Source of the DNA: an uncultured Gammaproteobacteria bacterium
Lineage (GTDB): Bacteria; Patescibacteriota; Microgenomatia; Daviesbacterales; UBA10151
NCBI GenBank assembly: GCA_964649615.1
Contig: CAZYPW010000007.1
Coordinates: forward strand, 8,734 to 72,733
Length of the DNA: 64,000 nucleotides
Direction: 5' to 3'
Part shown: piece after piece, positions 11,994 through 22,557 of the stretch
Position numbering within the stretch: the stretch's first letter is position 1
Layout: each line of letters starts with the position of its first letter
Program-made: the position numbers and the translations under genes
The notes under the pieces: model-generated
Told to the model about the DNA's origin: nothing
Databases searched by the model: none
The model's input: the letters and a program-made list of their open reading frames with translations, nothing else

Positions 11994-12302
11994 ATGCCGA
12001 GAGGCCGTATTAGAGTAAAACTAAAAAGTTACGATCATCGGGTTTTAGATAAAACCTGTGAGTCCTTATTGGATACAGCTTTAAGAACCGGAGCTAAAAT
12101 TGTCGGTCCTATCCCCTTACCTACCAAAATTGAAAGAATGACCGTTTTAAGGTCTCCCCATACAGATAAAAATTCCAGAGAAGCTTTTGAAATTAGAACT
12201 CACAAAAGAGTTTTAGATATTGTAGAACCAACCCAAAAAACCATTGATTCCCTGATGCATCTGGAGATCCCTGCGGGTGTTGATATTGAAGTTAAGATGT
12301 AA
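11994..12302 (+). CDS. rpsJ: 30S ribosomal protein S10
   Basis: 102 aa. [15 protein letters not shown] ... [21 protein letters not shown]. Confidence 0.95.
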   Translation: MPRGRIRVKLKSYDHRVLDKTCESLLDTALRTGAKIVGPIPLPTKIERMTVLRSPHTDKNSREAFEIRTHKRVLDIVEPTQKTIDSLMHLEIPAGVDIEVKM

Positions 12303-12499
12303 ACTACCCCTGACAATTGTCAGCTTGCATTCGAGCTCGAACTTATGTTAGAATTCTTTTACTGATGAGTTTATTATCAGGTTGATATTATAATTGTCAA
12401 TTTCAGTAGATCGTGCGTCGGAGATCGATACGACGATTGAAAGCGAGATACTGAGTGAGCGTCCCCTAAAAAGGCCTCACTCTTTTTTATGCTTTAAAT
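12303..12499 (+). promoter_or_regulatory. structured 197-nt spacer between rpsJ and rplC: two perfect 12-bp palindromes, a CGUCG/CGACG hairpin, and a terminator-like GAGUGAG...CUCACUC + U6 abutting the rplC start
   Basis: TGACAATTGTCA (from 12312), TTCGAGCTCGAA (from 12330), hairpin plus TTTTTT (12444-12487). GC-richer than its flanks. Confidence 0.3.
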
Positions 12500-13294
12500 A
12501 TGATTAACAGTTTACTTGGTATAAAGAAAAATATGACCTCAACTTATGACTCTCGCGGGAGAAGAGTTGGGGCCACTATTATCCAAATGGAGCCAAATCT
12601 AATTACCCAAACCAAAACTGCAGAAGGTAAAGATGGCTATAATGGGGTACAGCTTGGATTGGGAACAAAAAAAAGCGTCAGAAAACCTCAAATAGGACAC
12701 CTTAAAAAAGCGGGCATAGAAACAAAGGTTAGATGGTTTAGAGAAATTACCACAGAAAACATTGAAGATATAAAACCTGGACAAGAAGTAAACTTGAGCC
12801 AGGTTTTTTCAATTGGAGATGCAGTTAAAGTAACTGCTACCTCCAAAGGGAAGGGTTTTCAAGGTGGAATGAGGCGCCATGGCTTTCATGGAGGACCCAA
12901 AACTCATGGTCAATCAGATAGGCAAAGAGCTCCTGGAGCAATTGGTTCAGGCACTACCCCTGGAAGAGTCTTAAAAGGAAAAAAGATGGCAGGGCACATG
13001 GGTTCAGGTACTGTTTCTACCAAGAATTTAGAAGTGGTCAAAATTGATGGGCAAAATAATTTAATAGTTATCAAGGGTGCAGTTCCAGGCCCAAATGGAG
13101 GGTTGGTTTTAATCACAAACTTAGGCAGAATGAAAGGTTATACTCCTCCACCTGAGGAAAAACCATCTGAAGAGGAAGAAAGTGAACAGGCTACAGGCAA
13201 CAGTGGACAGTCAGAAAATACAGAAGAACCAAAAAATGAAACACCAGATCAGCCAGTTGAAGTGCCAACGACAGGAGAACAAAATGCCAGTTAA
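12500..13294 (+). CDS. rplC: 50S ribosomal protein L3, with ~50 aa acidic Pro/Glu-rich C-terminal tail
   Basis: MINSLLGIKKNMT...GKGFQGGMRRHGFHGGPKTHGQSDRQRAPGAIG. Confidence 0.9.
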   Translation: MINSLLGIKKNMTSTYDSRGRRVGATIIQMEPNLITQTKTAEGKDGYNGVQLGLGTKKSVRKPQIGHLKKAGIETKVRWFREITTENIEDIKPGQEVNLSQVFSIGDAVKVTATSKGKGFQGGMRRHGFHGGPKTHGQSDRQRAPGAIGSGTTPGRVLKGKKMAGHMGSGTVSTKNLEVVKIDGQNNLIVIKGAVPGPNGGLVLITNLGRMKGYTPPPEEKPSEEEESEQATGNSGQSENTEEPKNETPDQPVEVPTTGEQNAS

Positions 13295-14042
13295 GCAAAG
13301 CTTGCGACCTAAAGGTCTAAAAAAATCGTTAATAGTTAATCGTAAATCGTCTATCGTAAAAACAAATAAGGTTGAACGAAAAACGACAAACGAAAAACGA
13401 CAAACGAAATTATCAGTTCCTGCCTATTCATTAGCTGGAAGAGCTGCAGGAAATTTAACTTTGCCAAAAGATATTTTTGGGGTCAAGGTTAATAAAAAAC
13501 TTTTAGCTCAAGCAATGAGAGTTTATATGACTAATAAAAAGGTTATGACTGCCTCAACCAAAACTAGAGGAGAAGTAGTTGGTTCAACTGCTAAAATATA
13601 CGCCCAAAAAGGCACAGGTAGAGCAAGACATGGCAGTATAACTGCTCCAATTTTTGTGGGTGGGGGAGTGGTTTTTGGGCCAAAAATAAGAAAAGTAACC
13701 CTTAACTTACCACAAAAAATGAGAAAAGCTGCTTTAGTTTCTGCTTTATCTGATAAAGCAGCAAATAAAATAGTCTGGGGTGTATCAGGGTTAGAAAAAG
13801 CTACAGGTAAGACCAAGCAGTTAGCAAGTTTACTAAAAAAGATTGGCACCAAAAATGCTCTAATAGTAACTGCTGAAAAAAAGGACAATGTCATAAGAGC
13901 AGTTAGCAATATTCCCTCTGTTGATGTTCTATCAGCAAATCTTATTAATACCTTTGAGGTTTTAAGGCATGACGGTTTAATTTTAACTAAAGAAGCAGTT
14001 GATACTTTAAGCGGAAAGGGTAAAGCGGAAAGGGTAAAGTAA
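13284..14042 (+). CDS. rplD: 50S ribosomal protein L4, with ~40 aa basic N-terminal extension
   Basis: [27 protein letters not shown] core. Start chosen at the internal ATG 13284 (overlaps the rplC end by 11 nt) rather than the ORF-track start 13182. Confidence 0.85.
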   Translation: MPVKQSLRPKGLKKSLIVNRKSSIVKTNKVERKTTNEKRQTKLSVPAYSLAGRAAGNLTLPKDIFGVKVNKKLLAQAMRVYMTNKKVMTASTKTRGEVVGSTAKIYAQKGTGRARHGSITAPIFVGGGVVFGPKIRKVTLNLPQKMRKAALVSALSDKAANKIVWGVSGLEKATGKTKQLASLLKKIGTKNALIVTAEKKDNVIRAVSNIPSVDVLSANLINTFEVLRHDGLILTKEAVDTLSGKGKAERVK

Positions 14043-14044
14043 TT

Positions 14045-14482
14045 ATGATAATTTTGAAAAGACCACTTATTACTGAAAAATCTATGGGTTTGGCCCAAAA
14101 AGGGTTTTATACTTTTGAGGTAGATAAAAATGCTACCAAACCACAAGTTGCTAAGATTGTAGCTGAAAAATTTAATGTTAAAGTTTTAAAAGTTAAAGTC
14201 ATTAATAAAAAAGGCCAAATAAAAAATCAAAGACAGATTAGGGGAACTTATAAAACTAAAGGATTTAAAAAAGCCATAGTCCAGCTTAAAAAGGGTGATA
14301 AAATTGCCATCTTTGAGACACCAAAAACCGAGAAAGAAGCAGTAGTTACTACAGTAGAGGGTGAATCAATCAAGATGAAGGAGAAAAAAGATTTATTAGG
14401 AAGAACAAAAGTTAGAGTTGAAAAAACAGGAGCTACAGGAGCTGCTCCCACTACTCAAAGAAAGGTGATTACCGGTAAGTAA
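14045..14482 (+). CDS. rplW: 50S ribosomal protein L23, with C-terminal extension
   Basis: [11 protein letters not shown]...[26 protein letters not shown]. Confidence 0.85.
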   Translation: MIILKRPLITEKSMGLAQKGFYTFEVDKNATKPQVAKIVAEKFNVKVLKVKVINKKGQIKNQRQIRGTYKTKGFKKAIVQLKKGDKIAIFETPKTEKEAVVTTVEGESIKMKEKKDLLGRTKVRVEKTGATGAAPTTQRKVITGK

Positions 14483-14483
14483 T

Positions 14484-15221
14484 ATGAATAAATTAAAAAC
14501 AATATTAAAGAAAAATTCTGGAAGGTCTCATGGGACAGTGTCTGTTAGGGGCCAGGGTGGAAGACAAAAAAGATATTATAGAGAAATAGATTTTAAAAGA
14601 GAAAAGCATGGGGTGGTGGGTGAAGTGAGCGGGCTTGAATATGATCCCAATAGGAATGTGGAAATTGCCAAGGTCAAATATTCTGATGGTGAATTTAGAT
14701 ATATCCTTGCTCCTTTGGGGCTTAAATTGGGAGATAAAATTGAATCTGGAGATAAGGTAGAAGCAAAGGTTGGTAATGCCCTAAAGCTTAAAAATATTAC
14801 AGTTGGAGCACTTTTGCATAATGTGGAGATTACTCCAGGCAGAGGTGGTTTAATGGGCAGAAGTGCAGGTACTTTTATCCAACTTTTGGCAAAAGAGGCT
14901 GGATTTGCCCATTTGAAGCTACCATCAGGGGAGATTAGAATGGTCAGTCTAGAATCCATGGCCACAGTAGGGCCTTTGGGTAATGAAGATGTTAAGCAAA
15001 AGGTGATAGGTAAAGCTGGAAGAAGTAGGCATATGGGAATTAAACCAACTGTTCGGGGTGTAGCCCAAGATCCCCATTCTCATCCTCATGGCGGTGGTGA
15101 GGGCAGATCAGGTGTTGGTAGAAAGAAACCAATGACTAAATATGGCAGGCCAGCAGTTGGTAAAACCAGAAATAAGAAAAAGTGGACTAGTAAATATATT
15201 ATTCAAAGGAGGAAACCATAG
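14484..15221 (+). CDS. rplB: 50S ribosomal protein L2
   Basis: GRSHGTVSVRGQGGRQKR, HSHPHGGGEGRS, PAVGKTRNKKK. Confidence 0.92.
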   Translation: MNKLKTILKKNSGRSHGTVSVRGQGGRQKRYYREIDFKREKHGVVGEVSGLEYDPNRNVEIAKVKYSDGEFRYILAPLGLKLGDKIESGDKVEAKVGNALKLKNITVGALLHNVEITPGRGGLMGRSAGTFIQLLAKEAGFAHLKLPSGEIRMVSLESMATVGPLGNEDVKQKVIGKAGRSRHMGIKPTVRGVAQDPHSHPHGGGEGRSGVGRKKPMTKYGRPAVGKTRNKKKWTSKYIIQRRKP

Positions 15222-15505
15222 TGAGCAGATCAACCAAAAAGGGGCCCTATATTGATGAGAAATTAATGAAAAAGGTGCAAGCCCAAAAGGCTGCTGGAGG
15301 CAAAACTGCCATTAAAACTTGGGCCAGAAGGTGTAGTATCCCACCTGAATTTGTGGGACATACCTTTTTGGTACATCAGGGCAAAAACTTTGTGACAGTT
15401 TATATATCTGAATCTATGGTTGGGCACAAGCTGGGGGAATTTGCTCCTACCAGGATATTTAGAAGCCATGGAACTGTGACCAAGAGAACACTGGAGAAAA
15501 CATAA
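15221..15505 (+). CDS. rpsS: 30S ribosomal protein S19 (GTG start)
   Basis: SRSTKKGPYIDEKLMKKV, HQGKNFVTVYISESMVGHKLGEFAPTR. Confidence 0.92.
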   Translation: MSRSTKKGPYIDEKLMKKVQAQKAAGGKTAIKTWARRCSIPPEFVGHTFLVHQGKNFVTVYISESMVGHKLGEFAPTRIFRSHGTVTKRTLEKT

Positions 15506-15927
15506 TGGAAGCAATACATATACAAAAATATATCCATACTTCACCTCGAAAATTGAGGCTGATGGCAGATATGGTTAGGAATATCAGTCCAGCAAAAGCG
15601 CTAGATTTATTGGTATTTACTCCCAAAGCTGCCTCAGATGATTTATTAAAAGCTATCAAAACAGCTTTAGGCAATGCTAAACAAGCAGGTTTAGACCAGT
15701 CGCAGTTGAATTTTAAAAAGATTGAAATCAATGAAAGCATGAAAATGAGAAGATTTAGAGCAGGTACTAGGGGTAGGGCTAAGCCATACAGAAAAAAGAT
15801 GGCCCATATTAAAATCATCCTTACAGATGATTTAAAACTCAAAACTCCCGTCAAAGACGAGGCTCGCCAAAGGCGGCAAAAGTCAAAAGTCAAAACTGAA
15901 AAACAAAAGAAAGAGGAGGCAAAGTAA
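15505..15927 (+). CDS. rplV: 50S ribosomal protein L22, with Lys-rich C-terminal tail
   Basis: TSPRKLRLMADMVRNISPAKALDLLVFTPKAAS. Confidence 0.9.
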   Translation: MEAIHIQKYIHTSPRKLRLMADMVRNISPAKALDLLVFTPKAASDDLLKAIKTALGNAKQAGLDQSQLNFKKIEINESMKMRRFRAGTRGRAKPYRKKMAHIKIILTDDLKLKTPVKDEARQRRQKSKVKTEKQKKEEAK

Positions 15928-16569
15928 ATGGGCCAGAAGATTCATCCAGTGGGATTTAGAATGGGAATTGGGACTAATTGGCAATCACGTTGGTTTGCTG
16001 ATTCCAAAAAATACAGGGAGTATGTGGCTTCTGATCTAAGCATTAGAGAACTGCTGTTGAAAAAATTGCGGCCCGCAGGAATATCTTCTGTGGAGATTGA
16101 AAGATCTACTAATAAAATTAAAATTTTGTTGTTTGTATCTAGACCAGGAGTGCTAATTGGCAGAGGAGGTAGTGGTTTAACTGAGATTAAAAAATTCTTA
16201 ATGCAAAACTTAAAAATTAAAAGTGATAATGCTTTAGAAATAGTCCCAATGGAAGTTAAATCAGCAGATTTATCTGCTTATTTAGTGGCCCAAAATGTGG
16301 CAGAACAATTAATCAAAAGATTGCCTGCACAAAGGGTGATGAACCAGTCAATAGAAAGAGTGATGAGAGTTGGTGCTAAGGGAGTTAGAATTGTTCTTTC
16401 TGGAAGAATTGGTGGAGCAGAGATTGCCAGAAGAGAATGGAAAGCATCAGGGACTATGCCACTACATACTTTGCGAGCAGATATTGATTTTTCTGTTTAC
16501 CCTGCTTTAACAAAATCTGGATTTGTGGGAGTAAAAGTATGGATTAACAAAGGGGAGGTAGATATTTAA
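15928..16569 (+). CDS. rpsC: 30S ribosomal protein S3
   Basis: MGQKIHPVGFRMGIGTNWQSRWFA, KH domain GRGGSGLTEIK. Confidence 0.95.
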   Translation: MGQKIHPVGFRMGIGTNWQSRWFADSKKYREYVASDLSIRELLLKKLRPAGISSVEIERSTNKIKILLFVSRPGVLIGRGGSGLTEIKKFLMQNLKIKSDNALEIVPMEVKSADLSAYLVAQNVAEQLIKRLPAQRVMNQSIERVMRVGAKGVRIVLSGRIGGAEIARREWKASGTMPLHTLRADIDFSVYPALTKSGFVGVKVWINKGEVDI

Positions 16570-16570
16570 T

Positions 16571-16981
16571 ATGGCACTTTTGCAACCAAAAAGAACAAAG
16601 CATAGAAAAGCCTTCAAAGGTAAAAGAGGAGGTATTGCTACCAGAAATAACGAGTTATCTTTTGGTACCTTTGGCATTAAAGCTATGGAAGCTGGATTTA
16701 TTTCTGCCAGGCAAATTGAAGCAGCCAGAAGAGCTATGGCCCACTATACTCAGCGGGGCGGGCGTATTTGGATCAGGGCATATCCTGATAAACCTATTAC
16801 CAAACACCCAGCTGAGAGTAGAATGGGTTCTGGTAAAGGTGACGTGGAAGGATATGTGGCAGTTGTTAAGCCTGGCCAAGTTCTTTTTGAAATGGGAGCA
16901 ATTGCTAAAAATATAGCTGAGGAGGCTTTGAGGTTGGCTTCACATAAACTGCCAGTCAACACTAAATTTGTAGAAAAATAG
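16571..16981 (+). CDS. rplP: 50S ribosomal protein L16
   Basis: LQPKRTKHRKAFKGKRGG ... YTQRGGRIWIRAYPDKPITKHPAESRMGSGKG. Confidence 0.95.
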   Translation: MALLQPKRTKHRKAFKGKRGGIATRNNELSFGTFGIKAMEAGFISARQIEAARRAMAHYTQRGGRIWIRAYPDKPITKHPAESRMGSGKGDVEGYVAVVKPGQVLFEMGAIAKNIAEEALRLASHKLPVNTKFVEK

Positions 16982-16985
16982 GATT

Positions 16986-17216
16986 ATGAAAAAGAAAGAC
17001 TTAGTACAAATTAAAGGATTAGATATTAGGGAGTTAAATACCAAGGCAAAGGCTTTACAAAAAGAGATAGCCGATTTAGTAATGGATAAAAATATGGATA
17101 AATTAAAAGATTTAAAAACTATTAGCAAAAAGAGAAAAGATCTTGCTCAAATTCTAACTGTTTTAAGACAAAAGGAATTATTAAATCAATTAGAAGTTAA
17201 AAAGGAGGCAAAATGA
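16986..17216 (+). CDS. rpmC: 50S ribosomal protein L29
   Basis: 76 aa helical protein in the canonical position between L16 and S17 (LNTKAKALQKEIADL). Confidence 0.85.
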   Translation: MKKKDLVQIKGLDIRELNTKAKALQKEIADLVMDKNMDKLKDLKTISKKRKDLAQILTVLRQKELLNQLEVKKEAK

Positions 17217-17635
17217 TAGCTAGGGTGGTATCTACAAAATCAAAGAATACAGCAGTGGTAATTATTGAAAGACAAAAAATTCATCCTTTATACAAAAAGG
17301 CTTTTGCTAGGTCCAAAAAATATCTGGTAGATGACCAAATTGGTGTAAAAATAGGCGACTTAGTCAGCATTGAAAAGTGCAGGCCTATTTCCAAGAAGAA
17401 ACATTGGAAGATCATTCAAATAGTAGGCCAAAACTTGGAAGAGGTCACAAAGGCACAACTTAAAGAGAGTGCTGAAAAGGTAATCTCAGAAGTAATGCCA
17501 GAAGAAAAAGAACAGCCATCAGTTGTCAGTCCATCTGATAAACAGAAAATAAGAAAACCAAAATCTGAAAAGAGGAACTACTCTGTAGAGCGAAAACAGA
17601 AAACTGATAACAGAAAAAATAAGGAGACAAAATAG
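17213..17635 (+). CDS. rpsQ: 30S ribosomal protein S17, with ~55 aa Lys-rich C-terminal tail
   Basis: VVSTKSKNTAVVIIERQKIHPLYKK...VSIEKCRPISKKKHWKI. Confidence 0.87.
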   Translation: MIARVVSTKSKNTAVVIIERQKIHPLYKKAFARSKKYLVDDQIGVKIGDLVSIEKCRPISKKKHWKIIQIVGQNLEEVTKAQLKESAEKVISEVMPEEKEQPSVVSPSDKQKIRKPKSEKRNYSVERKQKTDNRKNKETK

Positions 17636-18003
17636 TGGTACAACATCGTAGTAGATTAACTGTTGCAGATAATAGTGGAGCAAAAGCGCTGCAAGTAATC
17701 CAACCGCTTGGTGGATCTGGTAAAAGGAAAGCCAGCTTAGGGCAAATGGTAATTGGAGTTGTGAAAGGTGCAGATCCAAATGGCCAAGTTAAAGATCATG
17801 AGGTAGTTAGGATTGTGATTGTCAGATGCAAAAAGGAAGTCAGGCGCGATGATGGCTCTTATATTAAATTTGATGATAATGCAGGAGTTTTAATTGATGC
17901 TGATGGAAACTTGCGAGCCACCAGGATTTTTGGGCCAATTGCCAGAGAAGTTAGGGATGCTGGATTTAGCAAAATAATATCACTAGCCCAGGAGGTATGG
18001 TAA
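17635..18003 (+). CDS. rplN: 50S ribosomal protein L14 (GTG start)
   Basis: VQHRSRLTVADNSGAKALQVIQ ... FGPIAREVR. Confidence 0.95.
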   Translation: MVQHRSRLTVADNSGAKALQVIQPLGGSGKRKASLGQMVIGVVKGADPNGQVKDHEVVRIVIVRCKKEVRRDDGSYIKFDDNAGVLIDADGNLRATRIFGPIAREVRDAGFSKIISLAQEVW

Positions 18004-18326
18004 TGAAAATAAAAAAGGGAGATAAAGTAAAAATATTATTAGGTAAAGATAGTGGTAAAGAGGGCACAGTTGAATATGTGATAGTAAAGTCTAAAAAAGT
18101 ATTTGTTAGTGGAGCAAATTTATACAAAAGACATGTTAGAAAGATGCAAGGAGTTGAAGGGGGGATTATAGATTTACCAAAACCAATGGATGTTTCAAAT
18201 GTTAGCCTGGTCTGCCCAAATTGTAAAAAAGTGGCAAAGATTGGTTTTAAAATGGAAAAAGGTTTAAAGGCCAGAATCTGCAGAAAATGTAAAAAAGAAA
18301 TAGGAGGTAAAAAAGAAATATTATGA
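18003..18326 (+). CDS. rplX: 50S ribosomal protein L24 (KOW) with C-terminal CxxC-x17-CxxC zinc-ribbon extension
   Basis: KIKKGDKVKILLGKDSGKEGTV KOW motif. CPNCKK...CRKCKK. Start taken at ATG 18003 (better RBS spacing than 17997). Confidence 0.85.
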   Translation: MKIKKGDKVKILLGKDSGKEGTVEYVIVKSKKVFVSGANLYKRHVRKMQGVEGGIIDLPKPMDVSNVSLVCPNCKKVAKIGFKMEKGLKARICRKCKKEIGGKKEIL

Positions 18327-18862
18327 ACAGACTAAAACAAAAATATATAGATGAGGTGCAAACCAAATTGCAACAAGAGCTAGATTTAAAAAATAAACTG
18401 GCAGTACCTAAAGTGGAAAAAGTAGTTATCAGCATGGGACTAGGTGAGGCAAAAGATAATAGTGGAATTTTAGATAAGGTCAAGGTATATTTATCTGCTC
18501 TAGCTGGGCAGCAAGCAGTGGTAACTTTAGCTAAAAAGTCTATTTCCACATTCAAATTAGCAAAGGGCCAGCCAATTGGTATGATGGTGACTTTAAGAGG
18601 AGATAAGATGTATTCTTTTTTAGATAAGTTTATCAATATTGTTCTGCCAAAAGTGAGAGATTTTAAGGGAATAAATGCTAAATCTTTTGATAGTAAAGGA
18701 AATTTAAATATTGGTTTAAGAGAACAGATTATTTTTCCAGAGGTAGATTATAGAACAGTTGATAAAACAAGAGGTTTGGCAATTACTATTACTACTACTG
18801 CCAGAAATCGTGAACAAGGGAAAAAGTTACTTGAGGCACTGAGGATGCCTTTTAAAAGTTAA
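18323..18862 (+). CDS. rplE: 50S ribosomal protein L5
   Basis: [10 protein letters not shown]...[10 protein letters not shown]...[24 protein letters not shown]. Confidence 0.95.
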   Translation: MNRLKQKYIDEVQTKLQQELDLKNKLAVPKVEKVVISMGLGEAKDNSGILDKVKVYLSALAGQQAVVTLAKKSISTFKLAKGQPIGMMVTLRGDKMYSFLDKFINIVLPKVRDFKGINAKSFDSKGNLNIGLREQIIFPEVDYRTVDKTRGLAITITTTARNREQGKKLLEALRMPFKS

Positions 18863-18863
18863 T

Positions 18864-19043
18864 ATGGCCAAAGTTAGTAATATTGTAAAGAAAAAATTTA
18901 AATATGAAGTTCAAAAGAGAAGCCGTTGTTTGCGATGTGGCAGATCGCGGGGGTTTTTGCGGAAATTTGGCCTTTGTAGATTATGTTTTAGGCAATTAGC
19001 ACACGGAGGATTACTTCCTGGTGTTAAGAAAGCGAGTTGGTAA
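18864..19043 (+). CDS. rpsZ: 30S ribosomal protein S14 type Z (zinc-binding, 59 aa)
   Basis: [38 protein letters not shown]. Below the ORF-track length cut-off; found by translating the L5-S8 gap. Confidence 0.85.
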   Translation: MAKVSNIVKKKFKYEVQKRSRCLRCGRSRGFLRKFGLCRLCFRQLAHGGLLPGVKKASW

Positions 19044-19046
19044 GGT

Positions 19047-19424
19047 ATGAATGATTATATAGCAGATACATTAATCAGAATAAAAAATGGTTACAGGGTA
19101 GGCAAAGAATCTGTTGATTTAAGATACTCTAAATTAATATTAAATTTGGTCAAACTTTTGGAAAAAGAGGGATATGTTGGAAAAGTGGATGGTAAAGAAA
19201 AGGGTATCAGGGTTGAACTTAAATATAATGGTAGATTACCTGCTTTAACAGAAGTGAAAAGAGTTTCCAGGCCATCACTTAGGGTATATAAAGGTGTAAA
19301 AGATTTACCAAGAGTCTTAAATGGGTTGGGGATTGCTGTGGTCTCAACTCCACAGGGATTGATGACAGATAAAGAGGCTCGAAAATTAAATGCAGGAGGA
19401 GAAGTGCTAGCACTTATTTGGTAA
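19047..19424 (+). CDS. rpsH: 30S ribosomal protein S8
   Basis: DYIADTLIRIKNG ... GIAVVSTPQGLMTDKEARKLNAGGEVL. Confidence 0.95.
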   Translation: MNDYIADTLIRIKNGYRVGKESVDLRYSKLILNLVKLLEKEGYVGKVDGKEKGIRVELKYNGRLPALTEVKRVSRPSLRVYKGVKDLPRVLNGLGIAVVSTPQGLMTDKEARKLNAGGEVLALIW

Positions 19425-19429
19425 AAACT

Positions 19430-19996
19430 ATGAGTAGAATTGGAGAAGCACCTATTTTAATAGCGCCTTTAGTAACTGTTCAAAAAGAAAGGAAGACAGT
19501 TGTAGTGAATGGCCCTAAAGGCAGTTTAAAAATGGAGATTGATCCCCAAATTAATGTGGAAATTGAAGGTGGGGAAATTTTAGTAAAAAGAAAGCTAGAG
19601 GAAAAAAGAATAAAAGCCATGCATGGATTAACAAGAAATTTAATTGCCAACATGATTACTGGAGTTACTGCTGGATGGACTAAGAATTTAGAGTTGGTAG
19701 GTGTAGGTTTTAGGGCAGCGGGAAGTGGGAGTAAGTTAACCTTAAACGTAGGTTTTTCTCATCCAGTTGAAATTGAAGCGCCCGAGGGTATTAGTTTTGA
19801 AGTTTTGGATAATATCAAAATAAGAGTTTGTGGAATAGATAAACAGCTGGTGGGCCAAGTTGCAGCTAATATTAAAAAAGTAAGGCCACCTGATGTTTAT
19901 AAAGGAAAAGGGATTAGATACCAAGGAGAATATATCAGAAAGAAATTAGGCAAGAGTGGAAAGGTAGGTGCAACAGGGGCCGCAGGAGCTAAATAA
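19430..19996 (+). CDS. rplF: 50S ribosomal protein L6
   Basis: MSRIGEAPI start. Two L6 alpha/beta repeats. Confidence 0.9.
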   Translation: MSRIGEAPILIAPLVTVQKERKTVVVNGPKGSLKMEIDPQINVEIEGGEILVKRKLEEKRIKAMHGLTRNLIANMITGVTAGWTKNLELVGVGFRAAGSGSKLTLNVGFSHPVEIEAPEGISFEVLDNIKIRVCGIDKQLVGQVAANIKKVRPPDVYKGKGIRYQGEYIRKKLGKSGKVGATGAAGAK

Positions 19997-19997
19997 T

Positions 19998-20330
19998 ATG
20001 AAAAAGATTATAAGAGTTAGGAAACATAAAAGAGTTAGGAAACATCTTTTTGGTACAACTAAAATACCAAGGTTGGCTGTTTTTAGATCAATCCAGCATA
20101 TCTATGCTCAAATTATAGATGATCAAACAGGTAAAACTTTAATGTCAGCATCTGATTTGAAAGAAACTGGCAAGAAAAATGAAAGAGCCTACAAAGTAGG
20201 AGAAAAATTGGCTAAAAACGCTTTAAAGAGTAAAATTACCACTGTGGTATTTGATAGAGGTGGATTTCTCTATCATGGCAGAGTAAGTGCTTTAGCCAAG
20301 GGTGCCAGAGAAGGAGGATTAAAGTTTTAA
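19998..20330 (+). CDS. rplR: 50S ribosomal protein L18
   Basis: [19 protein letters not shown]...[28 protein letters not shown]. Confidence 0.9.
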   Translation: MKKIIRVRKHKRVRKHLFGTTKIPRLAVFRSIQHIYAQIIDDQTGKTLMSASDLKETGKKNERAYKVGEKLAKNALKSKITTVVFDRGGFLYHGRVSALAKGAREGGLKF

Positions 20331-20331
20331 C

Positions 20332-20838
20332 ATGCAAAATAATTTTGACAATAGGGAAGGTAGGAGAAGACCACAATTTAGAAATCAAAATAACAGACCT
20401 CCAGAAGATAGTGAATATTTTGAAAGAGTGGTCCAAGTTAATAGAGTCTCAAAGAAGACAAAAGGTGGAGATAAGAGATCTTTGTCTGTTTTAGTGGTGG
20501 TGGGAGATAAAAAAGGAAAAGTGGGAGTTGGTTTAGGAAAAGCAACTGAGGTTCAATCAGCAGTTAGAAAAGCCACAGTTTATGCAAAGAAGCATATGAT
20601 TTTAGTACCTTTAAAAGGTAGAACTATACCACATCAAATTTTAATTAAGATTGGAGCAGCCCAAGTTTTATTAAAGCCTGCTCCAGTTGGAACAGGAGTC
20701 AGGGCTGGAGGAGCAGTTAGGGTGGTAATTGAGGCAGCAGGAATTCATGATATCACAGCCAAGATTTTAGGTACAGAAAACAAAGCTTCTAATGTTTACG
20801 CTACACTGGAGGCTTTGGGAAGATTAAAAAAGATATGA
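20332..20838 (+). CDS. rpsE: 30S ribosomal protein S5
   Basis: [39 protein letters not shown]. Followed directly by rplO with no rpmD (L30) between them. Confidence 0.95.
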   Translation: MQNNFDNREGRRRPQFRNQNNRPPEDSEYFERVVQVNRVSKKTKGGDKRSLSVLVVVGDKKGKVGVGLGKATEVQSAVRKATVYAKKHMILVPLKGRTIPHQILIKIGAAQVLLKPAPVGTGVRAGGAVRVVIEAAGIHDITAKILGTENKASNVYATLEALGRLKKI

Positions 20839-21266
20839 AACTTTCTAATTTATTAAAAGTAACAACTAAAAGTAAAAAAAGAGTAGGCAGGGGATTAGGT
20901 TCTGGCAAAGGTAAGACTGCAGGACGTGGTACAAAGGGCCAAAAAGCTAGAGGTAAGATTCCTGTTGGTTTTGTAGGCAGCCTGCCACTTTATAAAAAAT
21001 TACCCTTAAGGAGGGGTTTAGGCAATCCAAAGATGTCTATTAAAAAAAAGATTGTTAAATTAACTGCTTTAGAGGTTTTTGCTGCCAAAACTGTGGTGGA
21101 TTTAGAACAACTGATTAAATCAAAAATCCTAACCCAAAAAGAGGCAAAATTTGGAGTAAAGATTTTAGGAGGCCAGTTAAGTAAGACTTTAACTATTAAA
21201 TTAGCTGTCTCCAAAAGTGTTCAAAAAAGTATTGAAAAATTAGGTGGAAAGGTAGAGAATGGCTAA
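20835..21266 (+). CDS. rplO: 50S ribosomal protein L15
   Basis: [25 protein letters not shown]. Confidence 0.92.
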   Translation: MKLSNLLKVTTKSKKRVGRGLGSGKGKTAGRGTKGQKARGKIPVGFVGSLPLYKKLPLRRGLGNPKMSIKKKIVKLTALEVFAAKTVVDLEQLIKSKILTQKEAKFGVKILGGQLSKTLTIKLAVSKSVQKSIEKLGGKVENG

Positions 21267-22557
21267 TATTCTCTCTCCGATTATTTCTGCCTTTAAGATT
21301 CCAGAACTCAGGCGTAAAATTATTATCACTACCTCTATTATTATAATTTTTAGGATAGTTTCCCATATTCCAGTTTCAGGAATTGATCTTGTTGCACTGC
21401 AGAACATTTTTGCCTCCAATCAATTATTAGGGCTATTGGATATTTTTTCAGGAGGAACTTTAGTTAATTTTTCAGTAATCTCTTTGGGTTTAAACCCTTA
21501 TATTAATGCATCAATTATTATGCAGCTTTTAATGATGATTGTGCCCTCCCTTGAGGCTTTATCAAAAGAGGGAGAAATGGGCAGGCAAATGATAAATCAA
21601 TATACCAGGTATATGAGTGTACCACTGGCTGTACTGCAGGCAATTGGGATGTTTTTCCTTTTGAAAAATCAGGGTTTGCTTTTTGATGTTACTCCCATTG
21701 CGATTGCAGCCATTATTATAGGGATGACTGCCGGAACAATTTTCTTAATGTGGTTGGGAGAGTTGATTACAGAGTATGGTATTGGCAATGGAATTTCCCT
21801 GTTAATTTTTGCAGGTATTGTAGCCAGATTGCCTGTTGTTTTAACTCAAACTGTTTCAGTTGTAGATCAAGCTCAAATCTTAAATATGTTAATTTTTACT
21901 GCTCTTAGTTTGTTAGTTATTACTGGGGTGGTTTTTGTTAATGAAGGTAGAAGACAGATACCTGTTAAATATGCCAGAAGGTATGTGGGAGATAAAAATA
22001 CCACAGGCAAAGGGGCGGAAACATATCTTCCCCTAAGAGTTAATCAAGCAGGAGTGATACCAATTATTTTTGCTGTATCACTTGTATTAATTCCTTCTTT
22101 TGCAGGCAATTTTCTATCTTCAGTTAATCATCCGCAGCTTTCAGCTATAGGCAGATTTTTAGTACAAAACTTTGACCCAAATGGAATTTTTTATAATTTA
22201 GTTTATTTTCTATTAGTGGTAGGATTTACTTACTTTTATACAGCAGTTATTTTTAATCCTACTAAAATAGCTGATGAAATCAAAAAATATGGAGGATTTA
22301 TACCTGGAATCAGGCCCGGGACTCAAACAGCTGGTTTTTTAAACTTTGTCATGGTTAGAATTACTTTAGCAGGAGCCTTATTCTTAGGCCTTATTGCCAT
22401 TTTACCTTCAATAGCATCACAAGTGACTGGGATTCAGACTTTAATTTTAGGAGGAACAGGAATTTTGATTGTGGTATCAGTTATTATGGATACTGCCAAA
22501 CAATTTGAGTCTAAATTAATTGAGCGAAGTTATGATGTATTTGCAAGAAGGAAATGA
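21259..22557 (+). CDS. secY: preprotein translocase subunit SecY
   Basis: 432 aa, 10 TM segments, SecY signature blocks ([22 protein letters not shown]). Confidence 0.95.
   Translation: MANILSPIISAFKIPELRRKIIITTSIIIIFRIVSHIPVSGIDLVALQNIFASNQLLGLLDIFSGGTLVNFSVISLGLNPYINASIIMQLLMMIVPSLEALSKEGEMGRQMINQYTRYMSVPLAVLQAIGMFFLLKNQGLLFDVTPIAIAAIIIGMTAGTIFLMWLGELITEYGIGNGISLLIFAGIVARLPVVLTQTVSVVDQAQILNMLIFTALSLLVITGVVFVNEGRRQIPVKYARRYVGDKNTTGKGAETYLPLRVNQAGVIPIIFAVSLVLIPSFAGNFLSSVNHPQLSAIGRFLVQNFDPNGIFYNLVYFLLVVGFTYFYTAVIFNPTKIADEIKKYGGFIPGIRPGTQTAGFLNFVMVRITLAGALFLGLIAILPSIASQVTGIQTLILGGTGILIVVSVIMDTAKQFESKLIERSYDVFARRK

Noticed and set aside
13182-13283. Upstream start for rplD giving 286 aa
   Set aside because: It lies inside rplC coding sequence. 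The internal ATG at 13284 gives a plausible L4 N-terminus.
16635-16962. ORFs in alternative frames within rplP
   Set aside because: Shadow ORFs inside a conserved ribosomal protein gene.
17997-18002. Earlier ATG for rplX
   Set aside because: Only 2 nt from the AGGAGG RBS. The ATG at 18003 has proper spacing and forms a TAATG junction with rplN.
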